Positions 1-8,401 are shown, numbered from the stretch's first letter. The stretch: DNA of 28,795 nucleotides from Granulicella sp. (GCA_027339965.1 DAHWNL010000063.1:1-28795); one strand, 5' to 3'. Translations and numbers: made by a program. The notes: generated from the sequence alone by a model not told the origin.

Positions 1-851
1 GAGATATCACACCCAGGGGTCGCTGGAGGTGATCTCCCAGATGCTGGATGTTTACGAGGACACCGGCAACCTCGCCTTTGCGAAGAGTTCGATCGTCCCG
101 TTGGCCGACGCGGTCGTCACCTACTACGACCAGCATTGGCCTCGCGGAGCAGACGGCAAGATTCGGATGTCTCCTGCGGCTGCTGGCTTTACCCCCGTCC
201 GTTTCGACATGGCAGCAAAGGATGTTGTGGAACAGGACTCTGCGAGAGCTGCCAGCGCTTCCGATGGGAAGGACTGGGGCGAACGGCAAGACGTCGCCAA
301 ATGGAGTGGGCGGCCCCAACGGCAGGCCAATTCTGCTACCCGCACAGGAGTAGGGAGCGACGAGGAACATGGAAAACCCGGAGCTGTACGTAACCTTCCC
401 TTACCCCCTCTATGGGGTTGGAAAGCCGGGGCTGAAGTTGGCGTGCCATACCTTTCTTGCGCGGCGATTTCCGCAGGACACCTGCTGGGGGCAGGACGGA
501 ACCGAGGCTGCGGCGCTCGGCCTGACAGAGGTCGCCCAGCGTGCAGTTGTGGATGAATTCACCAACTATGGCGACGAACGATTCCAGTGGTTCTGGAGGG
601 CGAGTCATGACTGGATTCCAGATCTGGACAATGGTGGTTCCGGGATGATGACGCTCGAAGAGATGCTGCTGCAAACGGACGGTCGAAGACTTATCCTGCT
701 ACCCGCATGGCCGAGAGACTGGTCAGCGGAGTTCAAGCTGCATGCACCCTTCGAAACGACTTTGGAGGGCCAGGTAAGACAAGGAAAGCTGGTGCGGCTG
801 GTCGTGACGCCGCCGAGCCGGGCGAGGGACATCATCGTCGCCAACCCTTAG
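1..851 (+). pseudogene. Disrupted C-terminal part of a DUF5703 / GH95-like glycosidase-family gene (5' part outside window)
   Basis: Frame 2 reads RYHTQGSLEVISQMLDVYEDTG...YYDQHWPRGADGKIRMSP. Protein-like sequence then continues in frame 3 (LRLLALPP...ILLPAQE), hits an in-frame TAG at 351-353, and continues in the same frame as GATRNMENPELYVTFPY...DWIPDLDNGGSGMMTLEEMLLQ...LLPAWPRDWSAEFKLHAP. ENPELY and LLPAWP..W...FKLHAP are motifs I recognise from DUF5703/GH95-like C-termini. Confidence 0.75.
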
Positions 852-948
852 GTTGACCAACTATAGCCCCGGAGCGCGACGCCGTGAACCCGGAGCGCGT
901 CTCCCGATGCCCCAGTTGAACCTGACCAACCGGGACGCTCCCGGATGC

Positions 949-1770
949 TCACACCCGCAGCTCCCGCTTGGCGGTCTCCGCGACCCGGCCCAGGTCGGCC
1001 ACGGTGAGCACGCGGATCTCCTCCTGTTCCATCGCCCGGATGCCGAATCCATACTGCTCCTGATCGGCCACCGAGGCGATCCGCTCCACGATCGCAGTCA
1101 GTTCCAACTCCAGTCCCTCGGCGCGCTGGACGCCGCTGCGCAGCGCCTCGGCCGAGTAGGCAAAGCCTTTGGCCCCTTCGACGTCGCTCTCCAGGGAGAC
1201 GGCGTGGAACATGCGCACCTTGCCGTTGCGGTAGCCGCAGTCGATCTTCAACGGATCGCCCGGCTGGGTGTAGGTGGCGGCGGCAATCTTCTTGCGCATC
1301 AGCCGCCAGACCCCGGCGGCCTCAAAGGCATCTCGCATGGAGGAGACGATGGCCTGGCGGCCGGACGCTCTACGGCGCCCCGCCGGGGCCTTCAAGGGCT
1401 CGACATACATTCGCAGCAGTTGCTCCATCTCAGCCGGCAGGCTTTCGGCCAGGGTGCCGCGCATCTCGGTGAGCTGCACGCTGTTGGAGAGCGAGTCCTC
1501 CAGCGTCTCCAGCACTGGCCTGGCGTTCACCCGCAGCTCAACGCCCGCCTGCAGCCGCTGGGCAATCTCCGCCTCCAGCGCCTCCAGCAACTCCACGTCG
1601 GCATCCGGATCCAAGCAGCGCACGCGGCTCCAGTCGCGCGTGAAGCGGACGGTCGCGGTCTCATCCCGCCCAGCCTCGCGCAGCACCACGCCGATATTGG
1701 CGAACTCCCCCTTGACCACATCCGGCACATACCGGATCAGGGAAAACTCGCACTGTAGCCGCTCCTGCAC
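949..1770 (-). CDS. DUF3037 domain-containing protein (long form with C-terminal extension)
   Basis: N-terminus has the DUF3037 signature F.LIRYVPD.VKGEF.NIGVVL, with NSVQL further on. Start placed at GTG 1770, 5 nt after GGAGG; the ORF track starts at 1782. Lies directly downstream of a HipA-like kinase. Confidence 0.85.
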   Translation of the reverse strand: MQERLQCEFSLIRYVPDVVKGEFANIGVVLREAGRDETATVRFTRDWSRVRCLDPDADVELLEALEAEIAQRLQAGVELRVNARPVLETLEDSLSNSVQLTEMRGTLAESLPAEMEQLLRMYVEPLKAPAGRRRASGRQAIVSSMRDAFEAAGVWRLMRKKIAAATYTQPGDPLKIDCGYRNGKVRMFHAVSLESDVEGAKGFAYSAEALRSGVQRAEGLELELTAIVERIASVADQEQYGFGIRAMEQEEIRVLTVADLGRVAETAKRELRV

Positions 1771-1829
1771 TGGAACCTCCACCTCAATTTACCCTTAACC
1801 TCCGCATCCCCCTCCAGATTTCTCCGGGA

Positions 1830-2696
1830 TCACATGAGATATCCCGGGGCGTTCTGGGGCGCTGCGGATCCCCCCGGCACGGGCTGGCTTGCGACCAGTC
1901 CCCAAAGCGGAAACGGCTGCCGATCCGAATGGTGAAACTGTCCGATCAGGTCTCTGACCCTTTGCCGGCGCTGCAACAGGGTCTCCATGAGGCGTTCGAT
2001 GGTCAGCGGATCGCCGCCGTACCACTCGGGAGGAACCTCCTCGGCCACCTTCCAGAGTTGCTCCGGCGAGAACTGCTCGACGCGGCTGAGCCAGGGTTCA
2101 AAACTATCCCAGCCGCGAATCTTGGCATACACCTGGTTGCGCGCAAAGACTCCGCGCAGCGGCGCATCCGGAAACGTCCACTCCCCGGCGTTGAAGCAGT
2201 AGCCCTGGTCGATGAATGTGGCCCGATACTTGTGCTCCCGGGGGCGACGTTCAAAGACCGCCTGCCGCCCATTGCAGTTTCCGGTCCACTTGTCCACCAC
2301 CAGCATGCCGGCGAACTCCGCCAGATTGCGCACCTCCTCCAACTGTTGCTCGGGGAGGTAATCCACGACCTGTCCCGGCATCAGTCCGCCGACAAACCGG
2401 CTGCCGAACTGCAATCCGCTGGCGCAGCGCTGGCGCACTCCACGGCCCATCTCCATGACCATTCCCGGACTATTGTCGACCAGCCACTGGCTGACCTCCA
2501 CCACATCGCTCTTGGGCACGGTGAGTCCCACCGCTTCCGCGATCCGGGTTCCGATCAACTCATTGGCCAGCACGCGCAGGTGTTGAGGGTTATTCTTGAA
2601 CTTTACCACCCACAGGTTGCCATCCGCACCCAGCATGAGCTGGCTCTGCGCCCCGCCGCGCATCCGCCGGATTGTCTGAACTGCCGTAACCGCCAA
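1830..2696 (-). CDS. HipA-like kinase (HipA_2 type); catalytic Asp apparently Asn
   Basis: Gly-rich loop RRMRGGAQSQ, VVKF lysine, LANELIG..IA..VGL.VP helix, D.W..N.x.R loop (DKWTGNCNGRQ) and metal-binding FIDQG. TTG start 6 nt after AAAGGA. Confidence 0.85.
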   Translation of the reverse strand: MAVTAVQTIRRMRGGAQSQLMLGADGNLWVVKFKNNPQHLRVLANELIGTRIAEAVGLTVPKSDVVEVSQWLVDNSPGMVMEMGRGVRQRCASGLQFGSRFVGGLMPGQVVDYLPEQQLEEVRNLAEFAGMLVVDKWTGNCNGRQAVFERRPREHKYRATFIDQGYCFNAGEWTFPDAPLRGVFARNQVYAKIRGWDSFEPWLSRVEQFSPEQLWKVAEEVPPEWYGGDPLTIERLMETLLQRRQRVRDLIGQFHHSDRQPFPLWGLVASQPVPGGSAAPQNAPGYLM

Positions 2697-2945
2697 TGCA
2701 AATCCTTTCGGCCCGCGTACTCCCGGGCCTCGACTTCTGGCCGCGATCTGCCGGCGAGGGTGATGGAACCACCCGCCGAAGGCTCAGGCCAAGCCCATGC
2801 TTGCGAACGGCAAGCCGGCGCGCCAGGTCCGTGCCGATGCTTTGTCTTGAAGCGACTCCCTGAAACGGGACTCCTTCATGGTAGCTGTTTGCTGATCTGT
2901 GCCGAAGTCAAGCGCCCCCCCCCGGGCGAGGCCCGGTCCGTGCCA

Positions 2946-2975
2946 TTGCAGCCGACTCAGCCGAACCGCTACCAT
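2946..2975 (+). promoter_or_regulatory. Putative sigma70-type promoter for the small ORF / oxidoreductase
   Basis: TTGCAG-N18-TACCAT in the divergent intergenic region. Confidence 0.35.
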
Positions 2976-3110
2976 CAGCTTGAGGACATGGCTTCTCGCG
3001 GCGTAGCCCAGAGACGGCTGCTGCGCAGAAGGCAGCCGCCGTTTCCAGCTCTTGCAGAGAGCCTGCGAAGGCCGCTGGGGTGTTCTCGCAACCTGTTTGG
3101 AAAGGCTTCT

Positions 3111-3359
3111 ATGGACTCCAGCACTAACAGCTCCGCCGCTCGCCGCTCGGAAGATATCGCACTTGATCTGCTCAAGGTCCTTGCTCCCTTCGCTCACCTG
3201 AGCAACAAGACCGGCTCTGGAACCGGCTTTGGCCTTCCCTTGGCACCCCGGTCGGAGGAGCAGATCGACCAGCTCTTCGAGCTTTATACGCGCTGCCGGG
3301 TGGCCGTAGAGGCTCCACTGCCCTCCCACGCGAAGCCCGGCGCGGCGACACAGAAGTAA
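3111..3359 (+). CDS. Small hypothetical protein (82 aa)
   Basis: 3' end of the 1929..3359 ORF: MDSSTNSSAARRSEDIALDLLKVLA...QIDQLFELYTRCRVAVE. It has amphipathic helices, GGAAAGG upstream, and a stop 2 nt before the next ATG. An alternative in-frame ATG at 2988 follows GAGGA. The RR.EDIALDLLK pattern resembles an acidobacterial hypothetical family (recollection). Confidence 0.7.
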   Translation: MDSSTNSSAARRSEDIALDLLKVLAPFAHLSNKTGSGTGFGLPLAPRSEEQIDQLFELYTRCRVAVEAPLPSHAKPGAATQK

Positions 3360-3361
3360 CC

Positions 3362-4432
3362 ATGCCGCCCGTTCCCGTTGTTGTGGTGGGCGCCGGCGCC
3401 TTTGGCCGCAATCATCTGCGGGTTTATCGCCAGTTGCAGGAGGCCCACCCGGAGCTGGTTCAGCTTAGCGCCTTGGTGGAGCCGGAGGCTGTGCGGCGGC
3501 AGGAGGCTGCCTCCAGCTACAACATCCCGGGCTATGCGTCAGTCGCAGAGCTTCTCGCGGCGACACTGCCGCTGCGGGCCGCCTCCATCTGCGCTCCCAC
3601 GCTGCATCACGCCGCGCTGGCGGAAGAGCTTCTGCGAGCCGGCCTGGACGTTCTGATTGAGAAGCCATTCGCCGCCAGCCTGGACGAGGCGGATCGTGTC
3701 CTGGAGCTGGCACAGACGCTGGGCCGCACGGTGGCCGTGGGTCATCTGGAACGATTCAATCCGGCCGTTGCGGCTACCATCGCCGCGCTCCACCAGCCCA
3801 TGTTCTTCGAGGCGCACCGCCTCAGCATCTTCACGCCGCGGTCCCTGGATGTGGATGTGGTGCTCGATCTGATGATTCACGATCTGGACGTCGTCCTCAG
3901 CCTGGCCGGTTCGCCGGTCCGCGAGGTCCGCGCCGTGGGCCTGCCCGTGCTGTCGTCGCGGACGGACATTGCCAATGTTCGGGTCGAGTTCGAATCCGGC
4001 TGCGTGGCCAACTTCACCGCCAGCCGGGTCTCCACCGAACAGGTCCGGAAGCTGCGCCTCTTCCAGCCGGGCGAGTACCTGTCTCTAGACTTCGCCCGCC
4101 AGGAGCTGCTCCGGATCAGCGTGGACCGGGAGGCCGTGGCTGCGATGTTGGCTGCCGGCCTGTCCCCGGGAACGCCAGCCAAGGCTCCGCTTTCCGCCGC
4201 TCGCCCGCCGGCGGAAGGGCCGGCGCAGCACCCCACGGCGGGGCTGACGCTCACCCGCTCCCAGGTTCCCAAGGGCGAGCCGCTGTTGCTGGAGCTGGAA
4301 GACTTCCTGCGTGCGGTTGTGACAGGAGGCCGGCCGCGAGTCGCGGCCGAAGCCGGTCGTGAAGCGCTGGCGCTGGCGTTGCGGATCAACGATCAGATTG
4401 CCAGCCACGCGCAGCGCGCCGGCCTGCTGTAG
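3362..4432 (+). CDS. Gfo/Idh/MocA family NAD-dependent oxidoreductase (GnnA-like)
   Basis: Rossmann VVVGAGAFG, IEKP, VGHLERFNPA, DVVLDLMIHDLD, ANFTASRVS. Confidence 0.9.
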   Translation: MPPVPVVVVGAGAFGRNHLRVYRQLQEAHPELVQLSALVEPEAVRRQEAASSYNIPGYASVAELLAATLPLRAASICAPTLHHAALAEELLRAGLDVLIEKPFAASLDEADRVLELAQTLGRTVAVGHLERFNPAVAATIAALHQPMFFEAHRLSIFTPRSLDVDVVLDLMIHDLDVVLSLAGSPVREVRAVGLPVLSSRTDIANVRVEFESGCVANFTASRVSTEQVRKLRLFQPGEYLSLDFARQELLRISVDREAVAAMLAAGLSPGTPAKAPLSAARPPAEGPAQHPTAGLTLTRSQVPKGEPLLLELEDFLRAVVTGGRPRVAAEAGREALALALRINDQIASHAQRAGLL

Positions 4433-4440
4433 GCACCGGC

Positions 4441-5331
4441 TTACTGCAGCTTCTGCACGGGAGTTCCGGGGGGAATCGTCAATTGGAACTGATCCGGGTC
4501 AAAGGACCGGTTCAAGATCAACTTGGTGACCACGATCTTCAGAGAGTACTCATCCAGCGGTCTCCAAATGTTAATCACGGTGGGAAAGGGGACGCCGGCG
4601 TAGGTCTGATAACTGTCATAGGTGGCCTGGGTAACTACCTCGCCCTGATCGTCGTAGATGTCTTGCTGAAAGGGCAGCATGGTGACCCGGCTGACATGCA
4701 CCACGCGCTTCATGCGCAGAAGATTGCCGCTGGTCCGCTGCAGCACCAGCAGGTTGTAGATCGGCTCGACGGTCTGGGTTCTGCGGCGCAGATCCTGGTG
4801 CAGCACGCGGGTGGACTCCGTCATGGTGACGTACTGACTGGGCGAGACCCCGGGGACCAGCAGGGAGTTCAGAAAGATGGACGGGCGCAGGTTTTCCAAC
4901 CCGTTCTTGGAGGGCGTGGTCACCGTGTCGGTTCCCTGCACCCATACGTTGCCGTGCGAAGAGGCATGCATCAGCGTAAAGGAGTGGTTCCGGCTCACCA
5001 TATCCAGGGCCCGGGATCCGATCACCGGGAGTTGCAGAATCACACGCAGGGAATCCGGCTTTTGCACGAAGATGTACCCGGTGAACGAGGTGTATTGCTT
5101 CAGCTTGCCTTCTTTGCCGCCGCCCGTCGTTGCGGTGATCTCGACCTGGGCATTCAAGGTCTTCACGGCGCGATCGCGATCCGAGATCTGCTGCTCCACC
5201 TGGCCCACGGTGTAGGTCTGGAAGACGCTCGGCGCCTGGGTCTTCACCACCAGCCGTGTGGTCGAAAAGCAGCCGGTGAGCCCGCCTGTCATCCACACAA
5301 CCAGCACCGGCAACGTTCGAAGGTTCCTCAT
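4441..5331 (-). CDS. Lipoprotein of the LolA-like / DUF4292 fold
   Basis: Signal peptide with lipobox LTGC. Beta-rich body ends Y..Y.GVPFP..I.I.RP...Y.L.I....LN...DQF.L.IP, typical of LolA-like proteins. Start ATG 5331 or TTG 5340. Confidence 0.7.
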   Translation of the reverse strand: MRNLRTLPVLVVWMTGGLTGCFSTTRLVVKTQAPSVFQTYTVGQVEQQISDRDRAVKTLNAQVEITATTGGGKEGKLKQYTSFTGYIFVQKPDSLRVILQLPVIGSRALDMVSRNHSFTLMHASSHGNVWVQGTDTVTTPSKNGLENLRPSIFLNSLLVPGVSPSQYVTMTESTRVLHQDLRRRTQTVEPIYNLLVLQRTSGNLLRMKRVVHVSRVTMLPFQQDIYDDQGEVVTQATYDSYQTYAGVPFPTVINIWRPLDEYSLKIVVTKLILNRSFDPDQFQLTIPPGTPVQKLQ

Positions 5332-5504
5332 CAATCGCAAACTTCCATTATATCGACTCGATCCCGGTCTGACGGGATTCAGAATCGCTTGAAATCCTGA
5401 GCCAGAACCGGCCCAGGAAGCCCGTTAAGAGGCGCGGGGGCAGCTTTTCCCTCCGTGCTGCGCGCCGAGCGCGGCCGGGGCGCTCTGTGCGCCGCAAAGC
5501 GGCT

Positions 5505-6515
5505 TCAATGCCGGGAGGAGGAGCGATAGGCGGCTACATTGGCGTTGTGCTGGGCCAAAGTTGCAGCGAACCGGGTGGCTCCCTTGGCATCGGCTACAAA
5601 GTACAGATAGTCCGTGCGGGCTGGGTGCAGCGCCGCCCGCAGCGATGCCACCCCGGGATTGCAGATCGGTCCCGGGGGCAGATCGGGATGGGTATAGGTG
5701 TTGTACGCGGAGTCCGACTTGAGCTCGCTCTGATGAATGACTCCGGTCCAGGAGCCGCGCAGCAGCGCAGCATAGATCACGGACGGGTCAGTCTGCAGCG
5801 GCATTCCCGCCGCCAGACGGTTGGCAAAGACGCTGGCAACTTCGGGGCGCTCCGCATCCAGGTTCACTTCCTTCTCCACGAGAGACGCCAGGATGACCAC
5901 GCCGGGCGTTTCCGCCGGCGTCATCCCCAAGCGCCTGGCCTCCACCCCGAACTGGCGAACCATGGCGCTCAGGATCCTGAGCGCTCCCGCATGGCGACTG
6001 AACTTGTAGGTGTCCGGAAACAGATACCCCTCCAGGGAGTTTGCGCGGCCGGAAGGGACCCACTGGGCGATGAGTTGGGTGTCATTCTGCTCGGCGCGGA
6101 GGAAGTCGGCTCTGGAGTCCAGACCAGCCGCGGCCACTGCGTTGGCGATATCAAAGATGTTGAACCCCTCCGGGATGACCAGCGTCACGGTGTAGACGTC
6201 TCCGCGCCTGATGCGGTCATAGACCTCCTGCATGCCGGCGGGATGGTCAAACCGGTACTCGCCGTTCTCGAGCGCCGCCGCTCGACGCCCATGCAGGGAG
6301 TTCCACAACACCAGTGCGTCAAAGGCCAGCGCGCTGCGGACGACCCCCTGGCGCTGCAACTGGCGGGCGATCTGCAGCCGGCTCATGCCGGCTGGAATCT
6401 CCACAAACGTCTCGTGGGCAGGCCCGTAGGGCAGGTAGAAGTCGAGGAAGAGGAAGAACGCCAGGCCGAGCGCAGCTCCCACCGCCGGCACCAGCATGAA
6501 TTTGAGCAGCCGCAC
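5505..6515 (-). CDS. mltG: Endolytic transglycosylase MltG
   Basis: N-terminal TM helix, IPEG, LEGYLFPDTY, ASLVEKE (catalytic Glu), LQTDPSVIY, YNTY...LPPGPICNPG, YLYFVA. GGAGG upstream. Confidence 0.95.
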   Translation of the reverse strand: MRLLKFMLVPAVGAALGLAFFLFLDFYLPYGPAHETFVEIPAGMSRLQIARQLQRQGVVRSALAFDALVLWNSLHGRRAAALENGEYRFDHPAGMQEVYDRIRRGDVYTVTLVIPEGFNIFDIANAVAAAGLDSRADFLRAEQNDTQLIAQWVPSGRANSLEGYLFPDTYKFSRHAGALRILSAMVRQFGVEARRLGMTPAETPGVVILASLVEKEVNLDAERPEVASVFANRLAAGMPLQTDPSVIYAALLRGSWTGVIHQSELKSDSAYNTYTHPDLPPGPICNPGVASLRAALHPARTDYLYFVADAKGATRFAATLAQHNANVAAYRSSSRH

Positions 6516-6598
6516 AGCGCCTCCGGTTCAATTTTATTCAGAATCTGTCCGTCTTCGAAGATAGTAGAGGCAGCGGGAGGGGCTGAAGGGATCTGCCC

Positions 6599-7144
6599 TC
6601 ACGGCTCCGATGGCTGGCCGGGAAGAAGGCTGGGGGCGTCCGCGGAGAGGAAGCTCTCCAGCAGCAGGGTAGCTGCCACCTGGTCGATGATCTGGCGGCG
6701 CTCCAGCCGGCCCTTCCGGTCTTGGCGAAGCGGGTATCCGGAGTGGTCCAGCAGGGCGTGGGCGTCGCGGGTAGTAAGGCGCTCGTCGAAGAGGTGAACG
6801 TTGAGGTTGGGGTGCGTCTTCGCCAGAGCCTCCTGGAGGCTCTGGGCAAACTCCCGCGCCTTGGCCGCCTGGGGGCTGGGAGATCCGTCGGCGTGAAGGG
6901 GATGGCCGATCACCAGGATCTCCACTTTCTGCTGACGGAGGAAGCGCGCAATCGCCTTGATGTCAGCGCGCAGGCTGGTGCGATGCAGGGTAAAGAGCGG
7001 CTGCGCGGTGAGGCCCAGCGGATCGGTGATAGCCAGCCCGATGCGGCGGTCGCCGAGATCCAGCGCGAGGGTTCGGGGATGAGCCGGCAACGGAAGAGGT
7101 TCTCCTGTGCCTCTACTCTCTACCGTCGGCTCTCGGCTGTCCAC
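6599..7144 (-). CDS. ruvX: RuvX/YqgF RNase H-fold nuclease
   Basis: LALDLGDRRIGLAITD, VIGHP, FDERLTT, IDQVAATLLLE. Start uncertain (GTG 7144 or TTG 7090); the ORF-track extension to 7363 overlaps greA. Confidence 0.9.
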   Translation of the reverse strand: MDSREPTVESRGTGEPLPLPAHPRTLALDLGDRRIGLAITDPLGLTAQPLFTLHRTSLRADIKAIARFLRQQKVEILVIGHPLHADGSPSPQAAKAREFAQSLQEALAKTHPNLNVHLFDERLTTRDAHALLDHSGYPLRQDRKGRLERRQIIDQVAATLLLESFLSADAPSLLPGQPSEP

Positions 7145-7171
7145 CCGGCTGTTTCTCCCTGTTCCCTTTCG

Positions 7172-7177
7172 TATAAT
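7172..7177 (+). promoter_or_regulatory. -10 element for greA
   Basis: Perfect TATAAT 57 nt upstream of the greA ATG in GC-rich DNA; no clear -35. Confidence 0.5.
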
Positions 7178-7234
7178 GGAGTTTTGACTCCACGACCTCC
7201 GGGGCCTGCCCGGACGGCCAGCAAAGAAGCCAGC

Positions 7235-7744
7235 ATGGAAGATATTAAGAAGGCTCTGGAAGAGCAGATCAAAGCGCTTGAGTACGAACTGACCACCGAA
7301 CTGCCGGCGGAGATCAAGAAGGCCGTCGCGCTGGGCGATCTTTCCGAAAACGCCGAGTACCACATGGCCAAGCAGCGTCAGGTGTTCGTCAACGCCCGTC
7401 TGGGCCAGCTCAAGAAGCGCATGGGCGAGCTGGCCATGGTGAACCTGGAGAATATCCCCCGGGACAAGGTGGGCTTCGGCTCCACGGTGGTGGTCTTCGA
7501 TAGCACCAAGGAGGAGGAGTTCACCTACAAGCTGGTCACCAGCGAAGAGTCCGACGTCGCCAAGGGCCTGATCTCCACCACCTCACCGATTGGCCGCGCC
7601 CTGTTGGGCAAGCAGTTGGGAGACGCTGCGACGGTGGTGACCCCGAACGGCAAGCGCGAGTTGGAGATTCTGAAGCTGTTTACGATTCACGACTCCATAC
7701 AGGGAGAGGCGGCAGACGCCACGCCCCGGAGTGAAGCATCTTAG
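7235..7744 (+). CDS. greA: Transcription elongation factor GreA
   Basis: GDLSENAEY, VGFGS.V, IS..SPIGRALLGK..GD...V.TPNG. Start at ATG 7235; the ORF-track 5' extension is antisense to ruvX. Confidence 0.92.
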   Translation: MEDIKKALEEQIKALEYELTTELPAEIKKAVALGDLSENAEYHMAKQRQVFVNARLGQLKKRMGELAMVNLENIPRDKVGFGSTVVVFDSTKEEEFTYKLVTSEESDVAKGLISTTSPIGRALLGKQLGDAATVVTPNGKRELEILKLFTIHDSIQGEAADATPRSEAS

Positions 7745-7765
7745 AATTTAGACTGGTTCGATGCG

Positions 7766-8401
7766 ATGACCTGGACAAGTGCTTTCGGCAAGGGCTGCGG
7801 CTGGCTGCTTCAGAAGATCGTCAACGGGCTGGCTCTCTCCAGAATCTCTCCCAACACCCTTACCTTCATCGGATTGATGATCAATGTAGTCGCTGCATTC
7901 TTTTTTGGATATGCGCGCGCGGAGAACTACATCCGCATGTTCCTGTACGCCGGACTGGTCATCATCGGCGCCGGCCTGTTTGATATGGTGGACGGTCGCG
8001 TGGCGCGGCAGACCAATCAGGTCTCCGTCTTCGGGGCCTTCTTCGACTCGGTTCTGGACCGCTACTCCGACGTCGCCCTGTTCTTTGGTCTGTTGGTCTT
8101 CTACGCTCGGGGCAGCCGGCTCTTTTATGTCTTCCTGGTGGCCTTCGTGATGACCGCCAGCCTGATGGTCAGCTATACCCGGGCCCGCGCCGAAGCTCTG
8201 ATCGGATCCTGCAAGGTGGGTTTCATGGAGCGGCCGGAGCGGGTCGTTCTCATCATCCTGGGAGCGCTCTTCGAGCGTTGGGGGGCCATGGCGCCAGCGC
8301 TCTGGGTGCTGGCCATCTTCTCCACCATCACGGTCATCCATCGCATCCGTTACACCTACCTGGAGACCGAGCGCCGCAAGCTGGAACTTGCGCGCGGTTA
8401 G
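7766..8401 (+). CDS. CDP-alcohol phosphatidyltransferase
   Basis: SPN.LT, D..DG.VAR......S.FGAFFDS.LDRYSD, SYTRARAE, ERPER; multiple TM helices. Confidence 0.92.
   Translation: MTWTSAFGKGCGWLLQKIVNGLALSRISPNTLTFIGLMINVVAAFFFGYARAENYIRMFLYAGLVIIGAGLFDMVDGRVARQTNQVSVFGAFFDSVLDRYSDVALFFGLLVFYARGSRLFYVFLVAFVMTASLMVSYTRARAEALIGSCKVGFMERPERVVLIILGALFERWGAMAPALWVLAIFSTITVIHRIRYTYLETERRKLELARG

Noticed and set aside
1929..3110. 5' portion of the 476-aa ORF 1929..3359
   Set aside because: Antisense to the kinase and crossing its promoter region; only the last ~82 (possibly 123) codons look real.
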